Below, piece by piece: positions 29,489-43,410 of a stretch of DNA of 64,000 bases. Under the pieces are notes generated by a model. It saw nothing but the letters and a program-made list of their open reading frames with translations. It was not told the origin of the DNA and searched no databases. This DNA is from the human T2T-CHM13v2.0 reference genome, Homo sapiens, in assembly GCF_009914755.1 (NCBI RefSeq), contig NC_060925.1; one strand, given 5' to 3'. Positions within the stretch are counted from its first letter, which is position 1. Each line of letters starts with the position of its first letter. A program made the translations under genes and the position numbers.

Positions 29489-31635
29489 GTTTAAGATATT
29501 ACAAAATTCTAATCAAAACTACACACTTGCCCCAGCCAAACCAGTTACAGGCAGTCTGCCTGCCTTTGGAGAAGAAAGTATGATAGACTACTTACTTCTC
29601 TCCTCATCTGCTCTTCCCCTGTAGCCTACTCACCATGTTTTTAGGCACCCTCCAGGTTTTGGGGAAGGTGAAGCAACAAAAAGATGAGAAAGAGGATAAC
29701 AAAGTCTATCTTAGCCTTCCATAATGCTCACTGAGCCTAACAGAAATTTGAAGCTGACTTTTCTCTCATGGGGTGATTTGGGGACTTTTTCAGAGATTTA
29801 TCATCCCTGAGGAGCTCTCACCTATGGTTTCATTGACTCTGACAGATGCATTTCTCTTCCAAGTGCTCACTTGCGAATCCTTTCTAGAAAGGAGTTCTTG
29901 ATGCTTTGGTTTCTTCATCATGCAGTCTTATGGTCCGCAGGAAACCTCCACAAATCTTTTGCCCTAACAACCTCTAGGACTACAGGCTTATCCAAAAGCA
30001 TCAATGCTCTTGCTCTGCCACCAACAGTTAGTTGGTCATTTCTCATCATCTAGATTTCCCAGATGGAATCAAACCCTGCCCTCTATGTATCTTTTACCCT
30101 TCTCCCTTGTAGGTAGCAGGAGGATGAGCCTCACAACTTCTTTCAAAAATTGTTTCTCACAAAATCTTTCCCATTCTCCATTCTCTGACCACTTTTTATA
30201 GTCTTGACATAACTGAGAGGATCAAGGTAGTGGAACTGGTTCTAACACATTTCCTTTGTAAATGCTGCAGTTGATCTGATACATGACTTTGGTATACAGA
30301 ATCTGTTTTATCTAGGTGTCTCAATTGAAACTGCAATTTTCATATCTCATTGCCTATGTATGTAATACTTCTATAAATCTGTAATCTTTAGCTACCGCAC
30401 AAAAGGCAACATGGCCCAGTCTTTCCCTCTCAATATTACCTCCTGTCACTCCTGCCAAAAGTCTTCTTTATAGTATTATACTTGTCATACTGTTTCATAT
30501 TTCTCTGCTTTTGATCTTACTGTCTCCTCTAACCCAAATGCCATTTCCTTTTCCTATACCCTGTCTTTTGTCAAGCTCACTTCTAGTTCATCCTCATGCA
30601 ACAGTACCCAAGTCAGGAGTTACATGCTCCCTCCCTTCTTTTTGGTATTCTTCCCACATATCATCCTAGACTAAGTGCCTACCCCACCCCCCAACTACCT
30701 GAGTCCAACTCTGCATACTTTATTCTAGGACTAACTTTTTTATTGAATTTATCTTTTCATATGTCTGCTTACTGCAGCAGATTGAAAGCTCCTCCAGGAT
30801 ACAATCTTTGTATCTTCATTCCCTAGCACAATGACTGTCCTATTGAGGAACTCAATACACATTTGTTGGCCTGAAACAGAAGAGGAGAGTCAAAACTGAC
30901 TTCCAGATAATAAAGAATTACAATCTTTTAAAATATGGTCTATGTGGATATGACAACTTCTCAGAAATTACTGGACTCCAAGCCATTAATTAATCAATAC
31001 AGTCTAGCTATCGATTAGAGTTTCCTATTCCAGATTTACAGCCATGGGCCAATTAAGGATCCCTTAGTTTTATGAACTAAAACCCAATTGAAGTATCTAA
31101 TTGCATCATGATAACATTTTAAATTCATTAAAATGCTTTATCTTAATAGAAAAAATATTTCTACACATTTACTCCATCTTTGTATTCTTCCAGTGAAGAG
31201 TGTATTCAAGAATAGCTTTCCTGATCTCAACCAGATGAATAATTTACATAAAATGAACTAATGCATGTCATATCACTGCAAAAAAAGCTGTGTGTCTACA
31301 ATCTTACTCCTTCACATTTGTATTGTACTGCAGTTTATGAAATAGATGTGAAATTATAGATTACTGCATTTGATTCTCACAACTGTGTGAGATGTAGGAA
31401 GAGAAATCATTATCCACATTATCTACACATATCTTAAATGAGATAACTGAGGTTCAGAAAGAATAAATTATTTACTGCATGTCACATGGCTAATAAGTGG
31501 TTCTAGCTGATGTGAATATGTAGGGCTTTTGGCTTCAGTTTGAGTGTTTTTTTCCATTATACTCTTTGTTGTGTGTGTTGATACGAATCCTAACTTGCTG
31601 ACAAAATAAGAAAGAAGGGAAAAACAAAGGCAAAA

Positions 31636-31639
<4 letters not shown>

Positions 31640-31675
<36 letters not shown>
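31640..31675. repeat. (AC)18 microsatellite
   Basis: Direct reading. Confidence 0.97.
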
Positions 31676-31677
<2 letters not shown>

Positions 31678-32899
31678 CTCTTATACCAGCAGAATACTAT
31701 ACGGTAATAATTGAGTCAATTTATGATCATAATATTTCTGCAATTTGGAAAAATACAAAGCTGACTCCGTACTGTACTCTTTTCATCTCTCCTCCTCTGC
31801 CAAAAAATCCAAATGGATTGAATGAAAACTTAAAAGCACTAAAAGAAAATGTAGCTTATTTCTTATGATCTTGGAATTTAAAAACCCTTTGTAAACATAA
31901 ACTGGGGGGAAATAATTATAAATATGACAGAAAAAGAACTAATTTACTTAATATACAAAGAGTGTTTACATATCAGTTAATTTTAACAATTAGGAAAATG
32001 GTTTAAGAACATGGAATAGCAGTTTATAATTCACAGAAAAGGGAACTGAGATTGCCAATAAACATGTACAAATGTCCTCAATCTCATAATTAAAGAAATG
32101 CACACTAAAGCCATAATGAAATACCATTTTTTACCAATTAAACAGGCAAAAGATTTTGAAGTTCAGCCACATCTCATGTTGAAGATAGCAGGTAGAAACA
32201 TGCACTGCTGATAGACACTTAAATTGATGTTGTCTTTATGGAGGGTAATTGAGCCATATCAAAAATTTAAATGCATATGCCCTTGGATCTAGCAATTTCA
32301 CATCTGAGAATTTGAAGTATGAATGTATGCACATGTGCATGAAGATATATGTAGTAAGATATTCTGAATTTTGTTGCTAATCACAAAAAAAGGAAACTTA
32401 GATGGTCATCAAGGACTGTAAATTATTACAGCCTCATGTAAAGGAATACTATGTGGTCATTACAAAGAGACAAAGTATATCTGTAGGTTCCAATATGGAT
32501 AGAAGTCCAAAATATTCTCTTAAAAACAGTATTGTACCATCCCATTTATGTAAATGAATATGTATATATAGACATATATGTTTGTATTTAAATAAATTAT
32601 GTATATTATGTTAAATACATGCAAATATATTGTTATATAAATATATGTAATATGCTATATATTACATACTTTATATAATTATATACATATATGGGTACCT
32701 TCGTATAAAATATTTCTGGGTTCACAAAAACTGTTAATGGCCTCCTTTCTATAGGAGGTTGTGGGAGGTACCCTTTTTTTATTCTTTACCTTCTATCCTT
32801 CTGAACTCCTGGAATTTTTTACCAAGAGTATTTATCACTTACTGTTTCAGGAGAAAAATTAAAAGATGATTAATTTTTTTAAAAAACCTGTTTCAAACC

Positions 32900-34270
32900 C
32901 ATGTCTCCCTCTAGCTATTTTACTGTTGTCACCCCTTCACAATCAGACTTGTGGAATTAATCTTCACTTCCTCATATTTCATTCATTTTCTCAACCCATT
33001 GAAATCTTATTTTTGTCCTCTTTTCTGAAACTGCTCTTGCCAAAGTCTCCAATTACCTCTAAATTCAATTCCCAAATTCAGTGGCTACTATTAATCCACC
33101 TTTCTTGAGATCCCTCTTTCCTGGCCTTCTGTGATACTTGACTCACCTGGTTTTTCTTCTTTCTCAAATTCTTCAGTGTCTTTTGTCAGTTTTGTAGCTT
33201 TAAATGTTAACATGCCTCAGGTTATGTTTTTAGGTTGTCTTCTCAATATGTATGTTCTGTTTCACTGTTCACATCTACCCCGACAGGAACCTCAAACTCA
33301 ACTTGTATAAAACTTGATTTTATTTGTACTCTCACCTCAACCAGCATTGCCTCCTCTTTCCTATCCCTGTGAAGGACATCACCATCTTTCACCCAGTGTT
33401 TCAAGCCAGAAATGAGCAGTTGTCCTGGACTCTACCCTCTCCCCAATTCCTCCAGCATTCCAGTCATCAAAGCCTATTTACCTCCTAAATATCTCTCAGT
33501 GCCATCTACTTCTTCCCCATATCTGTTAGTCTAATTCATTATCTTTACTCAGATTACTACCATAATCAATGAACTGGTTTCTAGGTCTTTCATTTCTTTT
33601 CTCTCCACTCTCTGTGTACTCCTTTCTTTCTCCACTCCTTAGCCAAGGTAGTTTTACTGAGACACACATCTTACCATGTAATTCCCCTTCTACCACCTAA
33701 AGCCTTCCGATGTACATCTACTGGTATTGTGATCAAATTCAAATACCCACACATGACTACAAGTCTGTGATCTCTCTCAAACGTCATTATTCACCAGGCC
33801 TCACCCACTCCAACACCCCAGCCTCTTCTCCTTCTAACATCCATACTATAGTAGAGCCACACTGCTGAATTTCTTTCACTGTCTGAACACCACAGCCTTG
33901 CATACTGTCATACAGGCCTTTTCACATGCTATCCATTTTCTGTAGATCTCCACACCTGCATATAGTGAAATCCACCCCATCCCCATGAAGATGGTTACAA
34001 CTTTGTGTTACTGTTTTCTCCAAGAAGTCTTCTCTGAACCACCCCCACCTTAAAATCCTCTACTTAGTGCTCATAGAGCCTTTTTTGGCATCCTTTTTCG
34101 TAAGTCTTGTCACATTGTATTATAATGGATTGTTAACTCACTAGATTATAAATTGTGTGTGAGTACACAGACCGTGCTTTTCTTCTTCACCTTTGTATTC
34201 CTTGCATCTACCTCTAGTATAGTGCCTGACCCATAATGCACACCAGGTAATTATTGGTTAGATAGATGGA
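32900..34270 (+). mobile_element. L2 remnant
   Basis: Pyrimidine-rich L2 motifs (ctgaaactgctcttgccaaagtc; caagccagaaa; ctagattataaatt; atagtgcctgac 3' end). Confidence 0.65.
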
Positions 34271-34356
34271 TTCATACATATATTCATTTATTCAACCAAA
34301 CGAGAAACTAATGGGAAAGCAAATCAGTTATGAGTTTAGGAATTACTAAAAAGTCA

Positions 34357-34659
<303 letters not shown>

Positions 34660-37457
34660 GTCAGTGTTATTGAACTTCACCAGTTTTTTTCCTCTCTTAT
34701 CCTTCTACCCATTACTTTTATGGCAATTATGAGACTAAAAGTCTAGCAACTGAAATCAGAAATAAGGAAATAAAAGCTGTAGTCTGTCCACTCTTACTGG
34801 TATGTTACTTGAGTTGGATTACGAGTTTGGTTTGGTTTGGTTTAGTTTCTGTTTTTTAAAATTCAATGTAGTTGTGTTTATATTGAATTTGTTTAATAGG
34901 TGCTAGTAGATTATATTACCTTTGCAATTTAAGGACAAAAAGATATGTTATAACATGGTACAGTTTCTGTAAAGGAATTGTTCCCTAGTGTCTATCATAT
35001 TGGAGGCAAGTTGGATTTTCTACTCCCTAGAATATGTCTTAATGTTTATAATCTAGTCTTCCTTCTGTATCCACCTTCACTGTGTGTATACATGTATATG
35101 TACCAAGTACAAAGTAGGTAAGGATATTTTTGTCTATGCTGATACATTTCTTTACCATGAGTTTCTCATTTTGAGTGACAACTCAGGCTGACAAATATCC
35201 TTCTTCATCATTACCAGCTGGTCCCATTAGACCATCCTGTCCTAGAGGCTGAGAGCAGGGAGAAGTAAGACCTATATGTTATGTTTCCATAAATAGCTTT
35301 TTAATGTGAGTGGTGTGGTACATATTTTTAAGCTAACATAAAAATCAGTGAGTAATATAAGCAGTAGAGACTACTGGCTTTAACTACAGCAGGTAAACCA
35401 GCTCAGCTGGTGCTGTCAGGATCCTCAGGCTGAACAAGTCTTTGCACATAAGTAGAGCTCTGGCGAATGAGCTCTAATTTCTTTTTTTTTTTAATCCAGG
35501 GAGGAAAACCTTTAAAATTATAATACAAGAAAGGATGTGCACTTTCAAATGGCAAACATCAGTTGAAGATTTTCACAAAATACCTAATTGGAAAATAATA
35601 AAATCCAGGGAGCAAGTAAAGCTACATTTTTCCCAAAGTGAAAGCTCAAATTCAATTTTTAAAAAACTGATTAGACACTATATAAACTTGCTGGTAGAGT
35701 ATTAGGGTACCCAATTTTGTTAATTACTACCTAGGACATTTTTAAACAAAGTGAGTGCCTTAGAAATGCATACTGGTGAATACAACAGTATGTTGCTGCA
35801 CCCAGCTTACTGGCTGAGCTATCTCATCAGGAATTCACTGAAGCAGTCTGGAATCACAACTGCCAAGCCAAGCAGAAACTCACCTGCACTGGAGTCCAGG
35901 ATTTTATGTGGCAATAAGCATTTTTAATTAAAAGTTTCCCAATTCCTAAATTTGGAACTTAATCTGTAAACATGTAGCAGATTGAGCTAGCACCACCAAG
36001 CCTCATTGGAGCTGTGGGGGAAATGTGGCATTCTGAAAAATTGGCCAGTTAAGCTGAGAAAATCCAGCTGTGTTTTACTTAAAATTGCACTAATCAGTGT
36101 TATTTTATTCCTCTTTTTCTTCACCAGTGTATCTGCTGTTATGTGAATGTTGGCTCCCCATCTCCCAGCCCTTCACTTTTATCTTTTAAGACTGATTTCA
36201 TATAGGGATGAGGATTCAAGCAATATAATACTCATTCACTTTAGTGAGTAATAGAAAGCCTCACCTGGCTAGTAGTTTATTTCTTAAATAAGTCAGAAGC
36301 AGCAGGTAATTTTCATCAGCAAAGCAATTAGATTTTAACCATTACCTATCACATTGCTAGAGGTCTTGAAGTTTACACAGAAATCAAGATTGTCTGCTGA
36401 CCTTAAGATAAAAATATAAAGAATATGGTGTGCCTTAATTAGAAGTAAAATTGCCTCTGGGAAGCAGTTTTTTATTTAAATCAATACATAGTCTGTTGGA
36501 GCCCTGAATTATTCTTACATGGTGTTCAGGATGATGGGGCAGTATGGGAAGTAGTCAGGGAGAGAACCTGGCCAGTAGTCAAGGGATTCACAAAGTCCAC
36601 TTTCAAGGATGGGTTAGATTTTTTGATGAAGGCCATTGTCAGATTGGACTGGGAATCATTATTTTAAACTCATTATTCTCCCAATAAATCCACATTCTGC
36701 TTTCTGTTAGAGGAGTAAACTCTGGTGCCAAACAGGGCTACTAAAACTCTGTAGTTAGTAGATCTAAGAAAAATCAATTCAGAAGGAGGTAAACATGAAT
36801 TAGAGGAAACTTGGGGTTACTAATGCTATTACATTGAAATATTTGTACAAATAATGCCTCCCCTGTCCCAAGCCAGTCCCAGGCTGTTTGATCTTCCTGT
36901 TTACTATAATCTTGCTTCTCTGGGAATTACTTCTGTCTTCTTAGAGATACTTTCTTCCCAATACAGGGAGGGCTTGCTTATTTATTCAATAATAATGTTG
37001 AATATATTCGTGACTTTGGTTTTCAATTCAGTACACACACACATAAAAATGCCAAAAGATATGACATTCTGAACTATGTATTAATTAAAATTTCGGTAAC
37101 TAGGAAGAGTTTGGAGTTATAATTCTAAGTGGCTTAGTTTTAAATTCTCTTATGGCTACATTTGAAGTTAGACCTGAGTATCAAAATGAAACTTGTTCAG
37201 CACTGGAAATACAGTGAAAAAATAGTTTTCACCATCTTTCTGTAAAAGAAGAAAATATATGTAAGCCAGGTAAGTTTCAGTAAAATAATACCTAGAAACA
37301 TTAAACCACGGTAGGCACTGTAAAGGAAACAGAATACATGTGAGAGAAAGCTTTGTACTTGCAAGGTGAGATATAGGAAATAGCTTCTAGTAGGGGCATG
37401 GGAATTGTATATGAAGCAAGCTAAAGTTTCTCAAGTTAGTCCCTAGTAGAGGTTTTA

Positions 37458-37595
37458 CTTTTTATTTTTTATTTATTTTGTATTTTTGGTAGAGTTGGAG
37501 TTTTACCATGTTGCCCAGACTGGTCTCAAATTGCTAAACTCAAGTGGTTTGCCCACCTCAGCCTCCCGAAGTGCTGGGATTACAGGTGTGAGCCA
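37458..37595 (-). mobile_element. Alu left monomer/FLAM with 16-bp TSD
   Basis: cctagtagaggtttta at 37442-37457 and 37596-37611. Confidence 0.88.
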
Positions 37596-38831
37596 CCTAG
37601 TAGAGGTTTTAATAAGAGATTATCTCCCACTCCCAGAGTTGGCCTCGTCTCTTTTCTATTGCCTTTTACTGAGAACTTGTTCATAGAAATGGATAGAAGC
37701 CTCACCATTCCTTCCTTTCTGTCTTAAAGTAGTCAACTTTGCCATGTTTGCAGAGCATGCCCCTTGCGTTATTCAAGCCATAGCTTCTTGCTGCCTTCCA
37801 GCTCTAATCTCCTTATAGGTGTAGCACCATGGCAACAGACCCAGCCTAGAGCCCAGGTGCCTTGTTTGTTACCTGAGGGGCTGGGTGCAGCCTGAAGGAA
37901 TAGAATAAGGAATATTACCTATCCTACAAATTGTTTGGATAGATGAAGTCTTGATCTGTTGTTTGTGTTTCTGTTCTGCTTCTATGGAAGACTTGAAATA
38001 ACACCTGGAAAACATTTATTCAAAGATTTTATCAGTAACCAAAGGCAACAAAGAAGCCATCTTCTATTTGTTCTCGTCTTCTAAACAGAGAGTTGTTTTC
38101 TGACATATAGTTCAGAAAGTGACTTGCTATACCGGGACATGTGGCACCGCTATGATTTGGGGTTGCACTGCCAGGTGGCTCTACCATTGCTTCATGTAGG
38201 TAGACGTTTATTTTGTTTGAAATAAAATTAATTTATGCTTTAGAAATTTTTCCTAGAGAATTTAAAAAATAAAAGTTGCCTTTGTCATACCTCCTTCTGT
38301 TTTAAACATGCCTTAATCTTTCCTGTTGAGAAGCTCACCCCAGAGCATGAGAGGATTTTTCCTCCCAGCAACTCCTCCTGGGAAAAATGAGCTAGAATTG
38401 TTGTTTTGTTTAAGAAAGATTACAGTGTCCAGTTTCCTTAATCAGGCTTCCCGTGTAGCATATTGGGAAAGATTATATGATAATTAAAGTACAATCTTTC
38501 TAACATTTAATTATTTATAGTTGATGTACTATATTTGCAGTACATAACATGTCATTGTCTTATACATAGAACAGAAGGAAATAAATATGGAGCTTACATT
38601 GTTATATTTTTCTTTTTTGTTTTTTTAATTTTTAAATATTTTAATTTTTTGTTCTTGCCCAATATCAGAAAAATAAACATTGTCATTTTAAGATACAAAA
38701 CATTAGGTAGCATTTGTCCCTTTTGTGCATACTTTGTACTGTCAACAAGAAATATAAATGTTGACTTTTTTACTTTAAAAATTACTAAATATCAGAACAC
38801 ATGTTTTGCAGCCTAAACTTTAAATGGTGGC

Positions 38832-38832
<1 letters not shown>

Positions 38833-38872
<40 letters not shown>
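38833..38872. repeat. (TG)20 microsatellite
   Basis: Direct reading. Confidence 0.97.
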
Positions 38873-38873
<1 letters not shown>

Positions 38874-39605
38874 AAAGAAGAAGAACTAAAATCCTTATAA
38901 GCTTAAGATTTTTCTTATTTTATGAAATTTGATTAAACAGTGTTAGAATAAAGGTAGAAAGGAGAAAGCAGCCTTAGTGCTAGTTTCTTATATCTTTTTA
39001 CTTTATAATTTAACCAAAAGCTACTCTGGCATTAAATATTTAAGTTCCTTTTAGTGTTAATGTGGTTATTTCAAGGAATTAAATGAAGCTACTTATTTAA
39101 TGTGTTTTATAAAAACAATTGTCTTTACACAAGGCATTTCTTTTTATCCTTATTACTAAGTACTTCTGCTTGAAATATATGTGTGTAACTCTGGGTGTTT
39201 ACTTCAATAGATACTATAATTATTGAGTCAAACTGCATGGCCATCCAGTTTGGGATTCAAGAATATTGTACTTACGTTTGACTCCTTTAATTCTTTCAAG
39301 AGGAAGGCAGTGAAGTACTGGCTCTTGTAGTGACAAGTCATGATTCCTAGCATTCTTCTTATAAGCAACTAGGAAACAAAATCAGCCAGGATGACTGAAC
39401 GGTGTTGACAAAGATCTCTCTTCTAGATGAGAGTTTGGGCTTTTTTTTCCATGCTGGGAGGTTTCTTCAAGGCATTTTATTCTTTATTCATGCTTATATA
39501 GTAAAGCATGTATTGAACCAAAAGCCTGCCAGAAAAGAATTCTATATTGAGATGGAAATCAGGACTTTTGAAAGACAAGGTCTTGTGATAAAAAGTTGAG
39601 CTTCG

Positions 39606-39609
<4 letters not shown>

Positions 39610-39655
<46 letters not shown>
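39610..39655. repeat. (TG)23 microsatellite
   Basis: Direct reading. Confidence 0.97.
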
Positions 39656-39659
<4 letters not shown>

Positions 39660-40145
39660 GCCAAAGTAGAAAGAAACAAAATGAAGATTCAGCCACTACT
39701 ATTCTGTCAATCATATAAGAGGATAAAGCTATAACATGAAAAACAAAAAGAAATCATTTGTCTTTTGGCAATACCTTTGCATAAGAAAGAATATATAAGA
39801 TAACCTTAAAGAGTATATATTTCTCCGTCTTCCAAAATAGGAATAAGAATAAAAAACAATTTCTGTAATGGGATTTGAAGGTCACTCAAGACTAGTAAAA
39901 TTATAGTATATTTTTATGCCATATTGAAAAAAAGTGTGTGTGCACTCACATAGATATATAGAGAGAATATATTTGCCACATAAATATGATTACTATTATT
40001 GTTACTGTAGATTAACTATTAATTTGTTCCTCATTTATTTCTTCCCTTAGGCATTTGTACATTTATTGTTATCCTCCATTGCATTAGACCTTCATTTCCT
40101 TGCTGGCCAAGTTACACTACCTTAAATATCTTTTTCTACTTTTAG

Positions 40146-40299
40146 GTCTCGTGGGCTGCCTAAACTAAAAGAGTCACGTTCCCATGAATCCTTGCTGAGC
40201 CCATGCAGCACAGTGGAATGTCTGGATCTTGGTAGAGGGGAACCTGTATCAGTGAAACCACTTCATAGTAGCATCCTTGGACAAGACTTCTGCTTTGAG
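40146..40299 (+). CDS. RASAL2: RASAL2 coding exon (154 nt), [53 protein letters not shown] domain
   Basis: ctacttttag acceptor, GAG|gtaaaa donor; phase 2 to 0; family motifs [10 protein letters not shown] and [13 protein letters not shown]. Confidence 0.95.
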
Positions 40300-40495
40300 G
40301 TAAAAATAAAGTGTAGAAAAAAGGAAGAGTAGTTAAACAACAATTGGATTTTATGTCCAGTAATTTTGTGATTTCATTGCTGTACAGTTGATGATTTAAT
40401 TAACTGGTTTTCAGTTGCTAGAAATTATCTACTTACAGAGAAAAAGTTAGAAATCTTTTCATCTAATCATATTTGCAGTTAAAGTTATTAAAGAT

Positions 40496-40768
40496 AGCTT
40501 TGCATTCCTTTTGGCTTTGCCTCCTTTCAGTAAAATTTGATTCTTAGTACATTTTCATCAGGGGACAAGACTAACAATAACATTACATTACTATGTTAAT
40601 TTTTAGTATTGGTAAGGATGTCACTCATCATGTTATTTTTCTAACCACAGCATCAGTGGTTCAAGATCTGAGACCATGTTTTTCTTATTTATCCATCCAT
40701 CCATCCATCCATCCATCCATCCATCCATCCATCTATCCATCCATCCTAATTCCAGGACATTTTGACCT
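40496..40768 (+). repeat. Copy 1 of a local direct duplication (contains (ATCC)n at 40691-40746)
   Basis: Aligns by eye to 41956-42189. Confidence 0.93.
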
Positions 40769-41072
40769 AAATGTCTTATTTATTTTTGAAATCCCCTGTA
40801 ACTAACCCAGACCCCAGCACATTGCAGGTGCCTGATTTTTGAATAAACAAAATTGCCAACTATCATAAGGTAATTTCTCCCTTCCAAATATGTACTACTA
40901 GCCAGTTACAAGTAAAATTCAAAAACTATATATACATGTATTTATACATACATAGAATTATTAGGGCTGAGATTTGATTAATTAACAAGAGCTTACTAAG
41001 TGACTACAGATGAGTCCTATACTAGATGTTGTAGAAGTCAAAAGATGTTTGTTTGGTTCCTCTTCTTATGGA

Positions 41073-41270
41073 CCAGCACTGTCCAAAAGAAATATAGTAC
41101 AATCTGCATGCATATCCAAAATATTATCATTTCAACATGTTCACTATCAGAGAAATTGTTTCCTTTTTTTTTAAAACTAAGTCTTCAAAATCTGATGTGT
41201 GTTTACACTTGCAGCACATCTCAATCTGGAATAGCCATGTGAGGCTAGTAGCTGCTGTATTGGACAGAGC
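41073..41270. mobile_element. MER3/MER33-like hAT-Charlie element
   Basis: cagcactgtccaa...ttggacagagc inverted termini; tagccatgtgaggctagtagctgctgtattggaca. Confidence 0.7.
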
Positions 41271-41955
41271 ATATAATCTGATCGGATTTATTAGGTTGTG
41301 ACCAGAGATTGAGTTAATAAGTGAGCAGACTTCAGCAATTTGGGCAAGACATTTATTGGTGTTCTTTTTTATAAAAATCAGTTGAACTTTCTTGTATTTG
41401 CGGAACTCAGTTCATTAGGCTGTATATCAAGCCCAGAGTTAGGTGCTAAGTATATAACAACATATTTCATTTTTAAAGGACTGTGTTAATAGTGGTCAGG
41501 CTAACCTAATAAATGACTAGAAATCAACAGGCTGGTTGCGTAGTGGAGGAAAAATGGGTTCCAAAGATAGTAATTCAATATTAGTAACTCTTCAATTTCA
41601 TTTAGCACCCTTCTATAATATAGTGAGGACAGTCTCAAGAAATCTGATAAGCTGTTTCAGAAACTCTCATCCTTTATTACCTATTTTTTACTAACTCAAA
41701 GTTGAACATATTTATTTGCAGGTAATTTAAGTTATTGCCTAAAAGGCCTTTAATTTTGATTTTTCTGAACCATAGGCCAGTTTTAATTTCCTTGGATGAA
41801 TTTAAAATGGCCTTTGTTCTCATACCTGGAAATGGATGTGGATGCTACCTAAGCAAAAAGCAGATGTAGATGTAGATATAAGTATCGGAAAACTAGCAAA
41901 GATCATCTTAGTTTCTTATGGTATGATTTAGGTTCATAGCATATGTCTAACTCAC

Positions 41956-42189
41956 AGCTTTGCATTCCTTTTGGCCTTGTCTACTTTCAATAAAATTGGA
42001 CTCTTAGTACATTTTCGTCAGAGGATGAGACTAACAATAACACTAAATTAGTATATTAATTTTTTAGTATTGGTAAGGATGTCGCTCATTAGGTTATTTT
42101 TGTAACCACAGCATGAGTAGTTTGGGATCTGAGACCATGTTTTTCTTATCTATCCATCCATCCATCCTAATTCCAGGACATTTCGACCT
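41956..42189 (+). repeat. Copy 2 of the local direct duplication
   Basis: About 25 substitutions and 1 indel versus copy 1, apart from the microsatellite length. Confidence 0.93.
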
Positions 42190-42284
42190 TATCATTTAAG
42201 AGTTAGAGGTATGCTGTGAACCCTAATGACAGAGCCCTGAAATCCAGTGTTTTCTTTTTCTTATGTCTAATTTTTATGTTGAAG

Positions 42285-42383
42285 GTTACCTACTTAAGTG
42301 GAAGTAAATGCTTCAGCTGTAATTCTGCTTCTGAGAGAGACAAGTGGATGGAAAACCTTCGCAGGACAGTTCAACCTAATAAG
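42285..42383 (+). CDS. RASAL2: RASAL2 coding exon (99 nt), [35 protein letters not shown]-domain C-terminal helix
   Basis: gttgaag acceptor, AAG|gtaata donor; ERDKW motif with the conserved PH Trp; lies within ORF 42216..42407. Confidence 0.95.
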
Positions 42384-42517
42384 GTAATAGTAGCTTCAAG
42401 TATCTAAAAAATGTATAACTTTGTAAGCAGTTAATTGATAGAAGGTAAGTGTGGTAGTAATACCTTAATTTGTCTATAGCTTGAGAGTTTTAAAGCACAT
42501 TTATATGTTATGCCATT

Positions 42518-42945
42518 TGTAGTAAGCCCTTATTATATCACCATAAAGAAGTATCTGAGACTGGGTAATTTATCAAGAAAAGCAGTTTAATTGGCTCACG
42601 GTTCTGCAGGCTTTACAGGAAGCATGGTGCTGTTATCTGCTCAGCCTCTAGTAAGGCCTCAGGAAACTTACAGTCATGGCAGAAGGCAGAAGGGGAGCAG
42701 GCACATCACATGGTGAAAGCAGGAGCAAGCGAGAGAGAGAGTGTGTGTGTGAGTGACTTGGGGGGAAGGTGCCACACACTTTTAAACCACCAGATCTCAC
42801 AGGAACTCAGTATCAGGAAGATGGCACCAAGGCATGAGGAATCTGCCCCCATGATCCAAACACCTCCCACCAGGCCCCACCTCTAGCACTGGGGATTACA
42901 ATTCAACATAAAATTTGGGCAGGGACAACTATCCAAACTGTATTA
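42518..42945 (-). mobile_element. MST (MaLR) solo LTR
   Basis: ctgagactgggtaatttat...ggctcacggttctgcaggc...cacctcccaccaggccccacct; 5-bp flanks ccatt/tcatt. Confidence 0.9.
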
Positions 42946-43410
42946 TCATTTTAAGCTAAAAGCAGTCTTACTGCAGATATTATTGCCATGGTTCTACCAG
43001 CATGGATAAAAGGACTCTGAAAAGTTAGGTGAATTGGCCATGTCAGAAGCTAGTACATGATAGAAGAGGGACTAGAATACGAGCTTCTTAACAGCTTATC
43101 TCTTTTATTTGCAGATATTAGACTGGTTATATGAAAACTTACCGTTACAAAATGATATTTTCTTAACCCAAGTAAATAAAATAGAATGAACTATATATAA
43201 TATATATAATGAACTATATATAATTCTTCAAGATTCTAATGCATGCTTGTTTAGAGCTTGCTGTTAACCTAAGCAATGAGATAGCAATCCCTTTCATTAT
43301 TTGTTGACTCCCCTTAATAGAGTACCTAATGAACATTGCCAACTTAAGAAAAAAATGTTTTTTTTTCTGCAATGTCAGCTCTGAAATTCAGCTTTGTTGC
43401 CTCTTTATAG

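Noticed and set aside
37820-37857. Mini exon with a Kozak-like accATGg
   Set aside because: The ATG frame stops after six codons and the donor (gtgcct) is poor. The ccatggcaac RFX half-site alone is insufficient evidence.
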